A DNA stretch of 63,907 nt, the filler included. It is 9 parts of 9 records of this genome, joined end to end, with 100 filler letters (N's around TTAATTAATTAA, not from the genome) between each part and the next. Parts side by side here need not be neighbours in the genome. Positions count along the whole stretch, not along the records: positions 52,766 to 58,787 come from SRR31147125_70683; positions 58,888 to 63,907 come from SRR31147125_71608; 7 more parts are not named here. The stretch is one strand, 5' to 3'. The notes beneath the pieces are model-generated. The model was given only the letters and a program-made list of their open reading frames with translations, did no database searches and had not been told where the DNA came from. Within the stretch, counting starts at the first letter, position 1. Each line of letters begins with the position of its first letter. Shown here in pieces: positions 52,873-63,378 of the stretch. The position numbers were made by a program, and so were the translations under genes.

Positions 52873-53931
52873 ATGCTTAAAAAAATACACTTACCATTAA
52901 TTCTGCTTATGCTATTGGCATTTGCAGCTTGCAATAATCAGAGCCAGGATGCAGAAACCGAATTGGCAATCCCTGTGTCTGTTGAAGATTTGAAACCAGC
53001 ATCAATTGAACAAACAATTAAGACCACTGGAACCGTTCTTGCGGCAAAAGAAGCCAGTTTAATGACCGAAATGGGCGGAGATTATTATTTGTCAATTAAC
53101 CCAAAAACTGGGAATCCATTTGCTTTAGGGGATAAGGTTATTGAAGGACAAGTTATTATTGAATTGAAGGATGATGAGTATGTTAATGGAATTGGATTGG
53201 AATCAACAAAACTGAACCTGGAAATTTCTGAACAAGAATTTCAAAAGCAAGAATCACTTTATGAAAAGGGAGGAGTTACCTTGCGCGAATATCGTAACTC
53301 TGAAGTTTCATTTATCAATGCAAAATACGATTTTGAGCGTGCTGAGATTCAAATGGAAAAGATGAAAATCCGTGCTCCTTTTTCAGGAGTAATTACAAAA
53401 ATTCCATATTTCACAAAAGGAACTAAAGTTGCAAGTGGAGCAGAAGTACTTGGCATGATGAGCTATGAAAAGCTGATGCTGGAAGTTAATCTACCCGAGA
53501 AATATATCAATGAAGTAAATAAAAAACAAGAAGTTCGGGTAATGAACTATACCTTGCCTGATGATACATTGGTTGGTGTGGTTAGTGAATTATCTCCAGC
53601 TATAAGTACTGAAACACGTACGTTCCTTGGGAAATTAACAATCAGTAATAAAAACTTAAAATTACGTCCGGGCATGTTTGTTCAATCCGAAATAATCCTG
53701 GATAGAAAAGACAGTGTTATTGTAATCCCTAAAGATGTTGTGGTTACCAACCAGCGAGGTAAGGCCGTATTTATTGTTGTAAAAGGAACTGCTGAGCAAA
53801 AACAAGTAACTTTTGGTTATGAAGATAAAAATAAGGTTGAAATTACTTCTGGCTTGAAAGCAAATGAACGATTAGTTGTAAAAGGTTTTGAAACCTTGAG
53901 GAATCGTTCAAAAGTTAAAATCATCAAATAG
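52873..53931 (+). CDS. RND efflux periplasmic adaptor (MFP)
   Basis: Lipoprotein signal, IRAPFSG, LRPGMF and VEITSGL. Confidence 0.92.
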   Translation: MLKKIHLPLILLMLLAFAACNNQSQDAETELAIPVSVEDLKPASIEQTIKTTGTVLAAKEASLMTEMGGDYYLSINPKTGNPFALGDKVIEGQVIIELKDDEYVNGIGLESTKLNLEISEQEFQKQESLYEKGGVTLREYRNSEVSFINAKYDFERAEIQMEKMKIRAPFSGVITKIPYFTKGTKVASGAEVLGMMSYEKLMLEVNLPEKYINEVNKKQEVRVMNYTLPDDTLVGVVSELSPAISTETRTFLGKLTISNKNLKLRPGMFVQSEIILDRKDSVIVIPKDVVVTNQRGKAVFIVVKGTAEQKQVTFGYEDKNKVEITSGLKANERLVVKGFETLRNRSKVKIIK

Positions 53932-53943
53932 AAAGGATAACCC

Positions 53944-56900
53944 GTGAAGAAATTAAGCGAATTTTCGGTCAATTTCCCGGTTACCATTTTAATGATGGTA
54001 TTAGGAGTTGTTCTTTTAGGATACATCTCTTACGATAAACTGGGTGTTGATTTGTTTCCGGAGCTAAACAATCCGAGATTATTCATAGAGCTTGAGTCGG
54101 GAGAAAGACCTCCCGAAGAAATTGAAAAGCAATTTGTGGAAAACCTTGAAGCATTAGCTATTCGACAATCAGATGTTGTTCAGGTGTCTTCAGTTTCAAA
54201 GGTTGGAAGCGGTCAGATTACTGTTGAATATGCCTGGGACAAAGACATGGACGAGGCCTTCCTCGATTTACAAAAGGCAGTAACATCATTTGCTCAGAAC
54301 GAAGAAATCGATGAAATCAATATTACCCAGCATGACCCCAATACATCTCCGGTAATGTTATATGGCTTAAGTCATTCATCTATTAATGATATGAATGAGT
54401 TACGGAAGGTTGCCAAAAACTATATCCGCAATGAGCTAATTCGACTCGAAGGAGTTGCAGATGTTGAGGTGTCCGGATCGGAAGATAATGAGGTGTTGAT
54501 TGAAACCAGTCAGTATTTGCTGGATGCTTTTGGTTTGACAATGGATGAGATTAGCAGTCGTATTCAAAGTTTCAATCAAAATATATCGGGTGGTTCTATT
54601 GAAGAAATGGGGCTTCGCTATGTCGTGAAAGGGGTTAGTCTGTTATCCGACATTGAAGATTTTGAGCAAGTAATTGTTGGGTATAAACGTGTAATTGCTG
54701 ATGATAATACAGCATCTTTTGCTCCAATATTTCTGCGGGAAGTTGCTACAATTAGCTTTCAAAATAAAGATCCTGAGAATATTGTTCGCTTGGATGGCAA
54801 GCGTTGTCTGGGACTTTCAATATATAAAGAAACACGCTTTAATACGGTAAAGGCGGTTGAGCAAATTGACGAAGCCATTTTGGAAATTCAAAAGGCATTG
54901 CCCGGATATAATTTGCAAATAGTTACTAATCAGGGAAGTTTTATTGATGATGCCATAAATGAAGTGCAGGAATCGGCACTCCTTGGAGTTGTTTTGGCGG
55001 TGTTTGTTCTGTTCTTGTTTTTAAGAAGATTTGGTAGTACGTTGATTATTAGTATTGCAATCCCAATTTCAGTAATTGCCACCTTCAACCTGATGTATTT
55101 TAATGGGTTGAGCTTAAATATTATGACATTGGGAGGATTGGCACTTGGTGCCGGAATGTTGGTTGACAACGCCATTGTGGTAATGGAAAATATATTCCGG
55201 AATCATGAAAACGGGCTTTCGGTTCGTGAAGCGGCAATTGTGGGGACTTCTCAAGTTGGTGGTGCTATTACAGCTTCAACGATTACCACAATTATCGTGT
55301 TCTTGCCAATTGTGTATTTGCATGGTGCTTCTGGCGAACTGTTTAAAGATCAGGCATGGACTGTTGCTTTTTCATTGCTGTCTTCATTGGTAGTAGCGAT
55401 TTTGGTTATTCCAATGCTTTTCAATCTTTTTTACAAGAAGAAAAAGCAACGAAAAATTGAATCAGTTCAGGTAAAAGGCTATGGCAGGTTTCTGGAAAAG
55501 ATAATTAAGGTGAAGTGGGCCGTGGTTCTAGTTGGTTTCTTTTTGGTTGCCGGATCAGTTATTCTTATCCCATTTGTTGGGAATGAATTTATGCCAAAAA
55601 CAGAAACCCGCGAGTTTAGTATTGAAATTCGAATGCAGGAGGGTACACGTTTAGAGCGAACTACGGCTGCTGTTGAAAATATGGAAAGCATAATTGTAGA
55701 ATTGCTTGGCGATGAGATTGAAACAATTTATAGTCATGTTGGTCCAACGCAAGGAATTGGCAGTTCATCTACAGATATTTTTGAAGGAGAAAATACTGCA
55801 ACAATAAAATTGATATTGTCCTCCGAAAGTGAGATTATTTCAACCAAAGCAATTCAATCAATTAGTCATGTGGTTGGTGATATTCCGGGAATGGAAATCA
55901 ACTTTAAACAAGATGAAACTGCATTGAAGAGTATCATGGGAACAGATGAAGCTCCGCTGGTGATTGAAGTTCAGGGGGAAGACCTGGAAGTAATTGAAAC
56001 TTTGGCAGCAGAAGTGAAAGCGAGCGTACAAAACTTGTCTGGAATGTACAATTTTGAATCGTCAATGGAAGAGGGGTCTCCTGAAGTGGAGATTGTTGTT
56101 GATCGCTTGCGTGCAGGAATGTTTAACCTTAGTGTTACAGATATTATTTCGCAAATTCAGAATCAGTTGGAAGGAAAAGTTGCAGGTGAGATTGAACGAC
56201 AAGGTGAAATGCAGGATATAACCATTAAGCTTCCGGATAGGAACCTGAGCCAGTTAGACGAACTTCGAATTATCGGCAATGGTCAAGAGTTTAGGGTGAA
56301 TGAATTGGCTGATATCACAATTGGCCAATCGCCAAAAGAAGTTTTCCGAAGAAATCAAAATCGTATTGGAAAAATTACGGCTCAACTAGAAAAGGATATG
56401 CCATTAGATAAAGCAGTAAAAGAAATAAGAGCAGCCATTGCGCCGATTAACGTTCCGCCCGATTACAGGATAAACATTACCGGTGAAGAAGAGAAACGGC
56501 AGGAATCAATGGCAAGTTTAGGCTTTGCCCTAATGCTTTCAATTATTTTGGTATACATGGTGTTGGCCTCTCAGTTTGAGTCATTGCTGCATCCGTTTAC
56601 CATTTTACTAACAATACCGTTGGCTGGGGTTGGCTCAGTTCTTACGTTCTTTCTTCTTGGAAAAACATTTAACATGATGGCATACATTGGCATTATTATG
56701 TTGGTGGGAATTGCAGTGAATGACTCCATTATTTTGGTTGATCGAATTCTGCAATTGCGCAAATTGGGAATGGAACGTTTAGAAGCAATTTTGCAGGCCG
56801 GGCAACAACGTATCCGTCCAATTATAATGACCAGTTTAACAACCATTTTAGCCTTGTTTCCACTCACATTGGGAATTGGTGAAAGTGCCTCTTTACGTTC

Positions 56901-57018
56901 GCCAATGGCGCTTGCTGTAATTGGTGGGTTAATTACGTCAACCTTGCTAACACTGGTGGTAATCCCTTGTATGTACGAGGGAATTGAAGTGATTCGTGAT
57001 CGGTTTAAAAGAAATTAA
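53944..57018 (+). CDS. RND efflux permease (AcrB/AcrD/AcrF family)
   Basis: GMLVDNAIVVMENI and RIRPIIMTSLTT, 1024 aa. Confidence 0.95.
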   Translation: MKKLSEFSVNFPVTILMMVLGVVLLGYISYDKLGVDLFPELNNPRLFIELESGERPPEEIEKQFVENLEALAIRQSDVVQVSSVSKVGSGQITVEYAWDKDMDEAFLDLQKAVTSFAQNEEIDEINITQHDPNTSPVMLYGLSHSSINDMNELRKVAKNYIRNELIRLEGVADVEVSGSEDNEVLIETSQYLLDAFGLTMDEISSRIQSFNQNISGGSIEEMGLRYVVKGVSLLSDIEDFEQVIVGYKRVIADDNTASFAPIFLREVATISFQNKDPENIVRLDGKRCLGLSIYKETRFNTVKAVEQIDEAILEIQKALPGYNLQIVTNQGSFIDDAINEVQESALLGVVLAVFVLFLFLRRFGSTLIISIAIPISVIATFNLMYFNGLSLNIMTLGGLALGAGMLVDNAIVVMENIFRNHENGLSVREAAIVGTSQVGGAITASTITTIIVFLPIVYLHGASGELFKDQAWTVAFSLLSSLVVAILVIPMLFNLFYKKKKQRKIESVQVKGYGRFLEKIIKVKWAVVLVGFFLVAGSVILIPFVGNEFMPKTETREFSIEIRMQEGTRLERTTAAVENMESIIVELLGDEIETIYSHVGPTQGIGSSSTDIFEGENTATIKLILSSESEIISTKAIQSISHVVGDIPGMEINFKQDETALKSIMGTDEAPLVIEVQGEDLEVIETLAAEVKASVQNLSGMYNFESSMEEGSPEVEIVVDRLRAGMFNLSVTDIISQIQNQLEGKVAGEIERQGEMQDITIKLPDRNLSQLDELRIIGNGQEFRVNELADITIGQSPKEVFRRNQNRIGKITAQLEKDMPLDKAVKEIRAAIAPINVPPDYRINITGEEEKRQESMASLGFALMLSIILVYMVLASQFESLLHPFTILLTIPLAGVGSVLTFFLLGKTFNMMAYIGIIMLVGIAVNDSIILVDRILQLRKLGMERLEAILQAGQQRIRPIIMTSLTTILALFPLTLGIGESASLRSPMALAVIGGLITSTLLTLVVIPCMYEGIEVIRDRFKRN

Positions 57019-57040
57019 TATCAGTTGAAATACGCTTAAC

Positions 57041-58787
57041 GTGAAATTTATAATAGATAGAAAAACACTCATTAGTATGTTGTTTGTAGGCTTAACCCTT
57101 CTGGGTTACGTCTCATACAAACAGCTTAAAATGGAGTTGTTGCCCAATGCCGAATTGCCATTCCTTTTTGTGCAGGCCATGTCGGCTCAGGAAGCTGATC
57201 CCGAGTATTTGGAAAATGAAGTTGCTATTCCATTGGAGGGTGCTATAAGTACGCTTGAAGGGATTGAATCGTTGGAAACCAACATTACCTCACGCAGAAC
57301 CATGATTGTGGTTTATTATCAAAAGGATGTTGATTCTGGTTTTGCATATCTCAAGCTTCAGGAAAAAATAAATGAAGTTCAGCGTAATTTGCCTGAAAAT
57401 ATTCGGGTAGAAGTTACACGGGTTGATCTTTCTCAGATTAACAACCAGTTTATGCAACTGCAGGCCAGAGGAAGTGGGGGTATTGACCGTGTTCGGAATC
57501 TGGTTGATCAGGAAATTGTTCCGGATCTTGAGAATTTAGATGGAATTGCCGGTGTCAATGTTTTTGGTGGGCAGGAAAAATCCATTGAGCTTATTTTGGA
57601 TATGGAGGCTTGTGAAGCTTACCAGATTACGCCAGGGCAGATTCGTTCAACACTTTCACAAAATTCACGCTCGAGAAGTTATGTCGGGAACTTAAAAGAG
57701 AAAGACCGACTCTATTTTGTTCATGTGACAGCTGAGTACGATCAGCTTTCGGATATTGAAAATCTGGTTGTTGCTGATGGTCCAATTCTTTTAAAAGATA
57801 TTGCAGAAATTCGGTTTGGGGTAAAAGAAGAAACCAGTTTTAGTAGGGTAAATGGGAAAGATGCGGTGACCATTCAATTAATTAATGATTCACAGGCTAA
57901 CCAGATTGAGCTATCCCATGATACCCAGGCGTTGATTTCAAAATTGAATAAAAATTTATCTAGAAAAGATCTAGAAATAGTCATTCAGAATAATGCCGCA
58001 GAAACGATGGAAGAAAACATCGACCAGATTATCAACCTGGCATTAATTGGAGGATTGCTGGCAGTGTTTGTTTTATGGATTTTTCTGAAAAATATTCGAA
58101 TTGTAGCATTTATTGCACTGGCAATACCGGTATCTGTTTTTACCGCATTTAATTTCTTTTATGCTTATGATATTACCTTAAATAGCTTGACTTTGGTTGG
58201 AATGGCTTTGGCTATTGGAATGCTTCTGGATAATAGTGTTGTTGTGCTTGAGAATATTTATCGACTTGCAGGGAAAGGTGTTAAAACCGATAATGCTGTA
58301 ATTCAGGGAACAACTGAAGTTTGGCGCTCAATTGTAGCAGCAACACTTACAACAATTACTGTATTTCTGCCATTTCTATTCTCAAGCAATTTTATGATTG
58401 AGATGCTTGGCAAAAATGTTGGAGTTTCTATTATCTCAACCTTGCTGGTTTCTTTGGCCGTTGCATTGTTATTTGTTCCAATGACTATTCATTTCATATT
58501 GAAAAGAAGAAAAGGCAAAAGTATTTTTTATGAGAAAGTAACAACGAACAACCGAATGGTACAGGTTTATTTGTTGCTACTGAAAGCAACAATGCGCAAG
58601 CCAGCAGCAACTGTTATTGGCGGAGTAATGATATTCTTTTTAATGGTTTTTATAAGTCTGGCTGTAAGTGTTAGTTCATTGCAGGAGGTTGAAGAAGAAC
58701 AAATTCAATTGTTCGTTACCATGCCGTCAGGATCTAGTTTGGAAACAACTGACAAAACAGTTGCCAAAATTGAAGAGAAGCTGGAGG
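57041..58787 (+). CDS. Second RND permease (3'-truncated)
   Basis: GMLLDNSVVVLENI and RVNGKDAV. Confidence 0.93.
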
Positions 58788-58887
58788 NNNNNNNNNNNNN
58801 NNNNNNNNNNNNNNNNNNNNNNNNNNNNNNNTTAATTAATTAANNNNNNNNNNNNNNNNNNNNNNNNNNNNNNNNNNNNNNNNNNNN

Positions 58888-59516
58888 TTTATGGCGATGT
58901 AATTGAAGAAATTGATTGGTCGGTTGGGCAAATTTTAAATACGTTGAAAGAAAATGGACTCGATAAAAATACACTTGTAATTTTTACTTCAGATAATGGG
59001 CCGTGGACATTGCAGGGCGAAAACGGTGGTTCGGCAGGCGAATTAAGAGGAAACAAAGCAACTACCTACGAAGGAGGACAACGTGTGCCATGCGTGGCTT
59101 GGTGGCCGGGAGAAGTTCCTGCAAATAAAGTTTGTACGGAGCATGTAACAGCCCTGGATTTTATGCCAACACTATCGAAACTGGCCGGGGCAGAATTGCC
59201 AGATTGCCAACTGGATGGAATTGATGTTCGTGAAATTTTGAAAGGGAAATATAAAAAGGCTCCCAAACGCGATTACTTTATTTATGCAAAAGGAGAAGCT
59301 ATTCGTATTGGCGATTGGAAATACCGAAAAGGGCCTTTGCCTGAAATAAACAATTACAAGAATGATGCGCCAATTGTGGTGCAGCTTTTCAATCTGAAAA
59401 ACGACCCCAACGAAAAAGTAAATCTGGCTGAAAAGTATCCTGAAAAAGTGCAGGAGCTGCATAGTTTTTTGGAAAAAGAATTTTTTAATATAAAAAGAAG
59501 TTATGAAGATTTATAA
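58888..59516 (+). CDS. Sulfatase (arylsulfatase A-like), C-terminal part
   Basis: YGDVIEEIDWSVG, IFTSDNGP, KATTYEGGQRVP and LFNL..DP.E..NLA. Confidence 0.92.
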
Positions 59517-60780
59517 ATTTCAAATTATACTTTTATTTCTTGCTATTACAATATTCTCATGTAAAAGAGATAAAGTAGCTTTCTCTTACGCTATGCCGGA
59601 AGAAAAGCCAGATATGCCTTTAAGCTCAGCGGTAGAACGAATTTATGATGCATACATGGGAATCCGGCCTGAAACCAACGAATTGTACAGCCAGTTCAGG
59701 TATACCAAATTACAGGGGCTCGACTATAATAGTGGCGATGGAACCATAAGTCGTAGAGACCCTTCTAAGGTAATATTTGCCAATGGTAAGTTCTATATGT
59801 ATTACACACATCGCGAGACTCCGGTGGCCCCCATTGGAATGCATCGCGCCGATGAAAGCAACGATACCATTCCTACAGCCGACTAGGATTTAGCCGATAT
59901 TTTTTATGCTACTTCTGAGGATGGTTTTACTTGGGAAGAACAAGGTGTTGCAGTGCCGCGTCCGCCAAAACCTCAGCCGGGATGGCGTTCGGTAACAACA
60001 ACAGATATTTTGGAATGGAAAGGGAAATATTATTTGTATTACCAGGCTTTTTCAGCAGCTCCCGGAAAGAACGGTGGCGATTTTTGTCCGGTAGCTGTAT
60101 CGTATGCCGATTCTCCTGATGGCCCTTGGACGGCAACTCATAAAATTGTAATTCCAAATGGTGCTGAAGGGGAGTGGGACTGCAATTCCATTCACGACCC
60201 ATATCCACTTGTTCACGATGGTAAAATATATCTGTATTACAAGTCGGATTTTGGAAATGTTGATTCGAAAAATATGGTACGAATGAGTGGTTTGGCAATA
60301 GCTGATAATCCGCTTGGCTCTTTCGAGAAACACCCATTAAATCCGCTAATTAATTCGGGTCACGAGGCTACACTCTTCCCGTTTAAAGAAGGAGTGGCAG
60401 CTTTGGTAATTCGCGATGGTTTTGAAAAAAATACCGTTCAATATGCAAAAGATTGGGTGAATTTTGAAATTGCATCGTTTTGTGAGTTAATGCCCGATGC
60501 AGGTGGACCGTTTATTGATGATGCATTTACCAATACCAACTATGGAAAAGGAATAATCTGGGGTATTTCTAATTTTACCCGACCAAATCCGGGGTGGGAT
60601 AAAAACTATACTTTACTAATGCGCTTCGATTGCGATTTAAGTCTTGATGTGCACGACCCGCAGTTTAAAAATCATCATTACAGACCCAAACTGGAATATT
60701 TGTATGAACAAGGATTAAGTAAAATGCAACGCAAACGTATTCATGATGAAACAGAGGTGCTCAAGAAAAGTAAAGGATAA
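59503..60780 (+). pseudogene. GH117-like (five-bladed beta-propeller) glycoside hydrolase lipoprotein with in-frame TAG at 59884-59886
   Basis: RRDPS, AD*DLADIFYATS.DG..W.EQG, HDP, YLYYK and NSGHE. Both ORFs are in the same frame. Confidence 0.75.
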
Positions 60781-60883
60781 TATTATCGGGTATTATTATA
60801 GAGATTTCCAATAATAGTTAATTATATTTTATCTAAATTTCATTGTTACTGCAGAGTATTTCAATTAAATAAATATATTTACA

Positions 60884-60899
60884 ATGGGAACGTTCCCAT
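60884..60899. promoter_or_regulatory. LacI-family operator (autoregulatory)
   Basis: Perfect palindrome ATGGGAACGTTCCCAT with central CG, upstream of the LacI gene. Confidence 0.85.
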
Positions 60900-60920
60900 G
60901 TTGGCAATGTAAATATATAA

Positions 60921-61916
60921 ATGGCAAACATAAAAGACATAGCAAAACTAGCAGGTGTTTCTAAATCAACCGTTTCGAGAGTGGTAAGCAACAAAGGATT
61001 TGTTAAGCCCGAAACCCGCGAAAAAATTGAGGCGGTTATGAAAGAGTTGAACTACCGCCCAAATATGTTTGCCAAAGGTATGCGCACCAATAAGTCGCAA
61101 TCCATCGGTATTTTATTTCCTGACCTGGCGAATCCATTTTTTGCTGAATGGTACGAGATTGTAGATAAAATTTCGAGAAAACAAGGGTACTTAAATTACA
61201 TCTGTATTACCGACCCAAAAGGCGAAACCGAAGAAACGCGCATTGATGACCTTTTAAACAGGAGTATCGATGGAATTATCTTTTTTTCCTACACAAAAAA
61301 TGAAGCCTTGTGGATAAAACTGGAGAACGTTAGCAAACATACACCAATCGTTTGTTGCGATTCGATGTTTGCCGATTCGGGCCTATCGTGCGTATATGCC
61401 GACGGGCGAAAGGGCACTTATGACGCAACGATGTCGCTTTATAAATCGGGCAGGAGGAGGATTGCCTACGTTAAAGGTAAAGAAGAGTTCCCGGTAGTAC
61501 AGAACCGTTTTTTAGGCTATTGCGATGCTTTAGAGGAGACAGGTATTTCTTTGGATAATTCGTTGATTTACGAAGGTGAATTTCTGCAGGAATGTGGCAC
61601 AAAAGCTGCAGCACAATTTATGGAACTCGCTTCGCCTCCCGATGCAATAATGGCATCGACCGACCTAATGGCAATGGGAGTTTTAAATCATTTAAGCACC
61701 ATAGGAGTTAAGGTACCGCAGGAAATTGCAGTTTTCGGATACGATAACTTAAAAGTTTCGCAAACAGCAAATCCACCATTAAGTACTATTTCGCTTCCCA
61801 TAAAAGATTTAGCTGAAAAGTCGATTAACAGCCTGATGGAATTAATTAATGAACCGGATGGGTCATATATAAAACATGTATTTGACTGTGAATTAAAATA
61901 TAGAGAATCGACATAA
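60921..61916 (+). CDS. LacI-family transcriptional regulator
   Basis: IKDIAKLAGVSKSTVSRV HTH plus periplasmic-binding-protein-like domain. Confidence 0.95.
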   Translation: MANIKDIAKLAGVSKSTVSRVVSNKGFVKPETREKIEAVMKELNYRPNMFAKGMRTNKSQSIGILFPDLANPFFAEWYEIVDKISRKQGYLNYICITDPKGETEETRIDDLLNRSIDGIIFFSYTKNEALWIKLENVSKHTPIVCCDSMFADSGLSCVYADGRKGTYDATMSLYKSGRRRIAYVKGKEEFPVVQNRFLGYCDALEETGISLDNSLIYEGEFLQECGTKAAAQFMELASPPDAIMASTDLMAMGVLNHLSTIGVKVPQEIAVFGYDNLKVSQTANPPLSTISLPIKDLAEKSINSLMELINEPDGSYIKHVFDCELKYREST

Positions 61917-61934
61917 ATATTTTTTTGAAACAAT

Positions 61935-61950
61935 ATGGGAACGTTCCCAT
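61935..61950. promoter_or_regulatory. LacI-family operator (second identical copy)
   Basis: ATGGGAACGTTCCCAT upstream of the gene at 62034. Confidence 0.85.
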
Positions 61951-61969
61951 GTGGAGAAGCCCTGACAAC

Positions 61970-61985
61970 TCCGCCAGCTGGCGGA
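61970..61985. repeat. REP-like palindrome
   Basis: TCCGCCAGCTGGCGGA, same family as the copies at 63188 and 63337. Confidence 0.7.
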
Positions 61986-62033
61986 CTGACAGCATTTTAA
62001 AACAAATAAGAATCGTAATCAAAAATCAAAATA

Positions 62034-63131
62034 ATGACTAATCAAAAAAGATGGTGGGATGTAGAGCTGGAGCAAAAGCCCGACTTCGACCAATGCATGA
62101 AACGGATTTACGCCTGGTACGAGCAGGAAATTATTGACCGCGCACCCATCCGTTTTTCGGCACATAATAAGGAATACGATTCGGCAAAAGTACTGAATGG
62201 TTATAAATTTAACAGCTTAAAAGAACGCTGGTGGAACACTGAATATCAAATTGAACTGTTCGAACACCTGCTAAAACACAGCACTTTTAATGCTGAAACT
62301 TTCCCGATTTTCTGGCCAAACCTTGGCCCCGAAGTTTATACTGCTTTTTATGGCGTTGAGTTGGAATACCAGGAGGTAACTTCGTATTCCATTCCAAATA
62401 TTGAAGATTGGTCTCAGCTCAACGGAATAAAACTTGACATGAACAATCCTTATTTCAAAAAGATTGAGGAAATGACCAAAGCCGCTTTGGAGCGTTGCAA
62501 GGGGAAATATCTGGTGGGCTACACCGATTTGCATCCGGGCTTAGACTGTGCAGCAGCTTTTCGCGACCCGCAACAACTCTGTCTCGATTTTATTATGGAG
62601 CCGGAGCCACTGAAAAAACTAATCGACATTTCATCGCGCGATTTTCAAACCATTTATAATCATTTCGATGACTTGCTGAAAAAACACAATCAACTTTCGG
62701 TGGCTTGGATGGGGATTCCGTCGTTTGGAAAAATGCATATTCCCAGCTGCGATTTTGCATCGATGATTTCGCCTGAACAGTTCGAGGAATTTGTGTTGCC
62801 GGTAATTCAGGATGAGGTAAAACCGATGACACACAACGTATTTCATTTAGATGGAAAAGGAGTTGCCAATCACGTTGACCATATATTGGCAATGCCTGAA
62901 ATTAACGCCATTCAGTGGGTACAGGGAATGGGAACCGATTTGCCAATTATGCAGTGGGTGCCTTTTATAAAAAAGATACAGGCAGCCAGGAAATCGGTGG
63001 TGGTAGATTTAGCACCCGATGAACTGGAACCTTTTATGGCAGAAGTTGACCCGAAAGGTATTTTGCTTTGTATAAATGCCGATGTTTCTATTCAGCAGGA
63101 TATTATAAAGAAAGTTGAAAAGTGGACATAA
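62034..63131 (+). CDS. UroD/MtaA-fold (corrinoid methyltransferase-like) protein
   Basis: PNLGP, TDLH.G.D, CDFASMISPEQFEEFVLP, FHLDG and IQWVQG. Confidence 0.65.
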   Translation: MTNQKRWWDVELEQKPDFDQCMKRIYAWYEQEIIDRAPIRFSAHNKEYDSAKVLNGYKFNSLKERWWNTEYQIELFEHLLKHSTFNAETFPIFWPNLGPEVYTAFYGVELEYQEVTSYSIPNIEDWSQLNGIKLDMNNPYFKKIEEMTKAALERCKGKYLVGYTDLHPGLDCAAAFRDPQQLCLDFIMEPEPLKKLIDISSRDFQTIYNHFDDLLKKHNQLSVAWMGIPSFGKMHIPSCDFASMISPEQFEEFVLPVIQDEVKPMTHNVFHLDGKGVANHVDHILAMPEINAIQWVQGMGTDLPIMQWVPFIKKIQAARKSVVVDLAPDELEPFMAEVDPKGILLCINADVSIQQDIIKKVEKWT

Positions 63132-63187
63132 AACGATTTTCAATAATAGAATGGTTATTTTTATAAATAGAATTTAACAGCATAAAT

Positions 63188-63359
63188 CACCGTCCGCCAA
63201 CAGGCGGACTTACATTCAAGATGAAATATTGGGCTACCATAACATCGAGCCTATGGCTCTTTCTTTTTTGATTTTGATAATTATTAAGTCGCATAGCGAC
63301 GATGTTATGGTAGAAAAAAGAAAACGAAGTTTTTTTAGTCCGCCAGTTGGCGGACGGTG
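63188..63359. repeat. Nested inverted REP-like (REPIN-like) element
   Basis: Outer 23-bp inverted repeat with one mismatch, and inner inverted repeat CTACCATAACATCG/CGATGTTATGGTAG. Confidence 0.75.
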
Positions 63360-63378
63360 TTATAAAAATCATATAAAA

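Noticed and set aside
52766-58787. Two tandem RND permeases as a novelty
   Set aside because: Paired permeases are established (MdtBC-type), so this is an ordinary efflux operon.
11960-63131. Functional link between the corrinoid protein (contig 2) and the UroD-like protein (contig 9)
   Set aside because: Different contigs with different codon style and apparent taxonomy.
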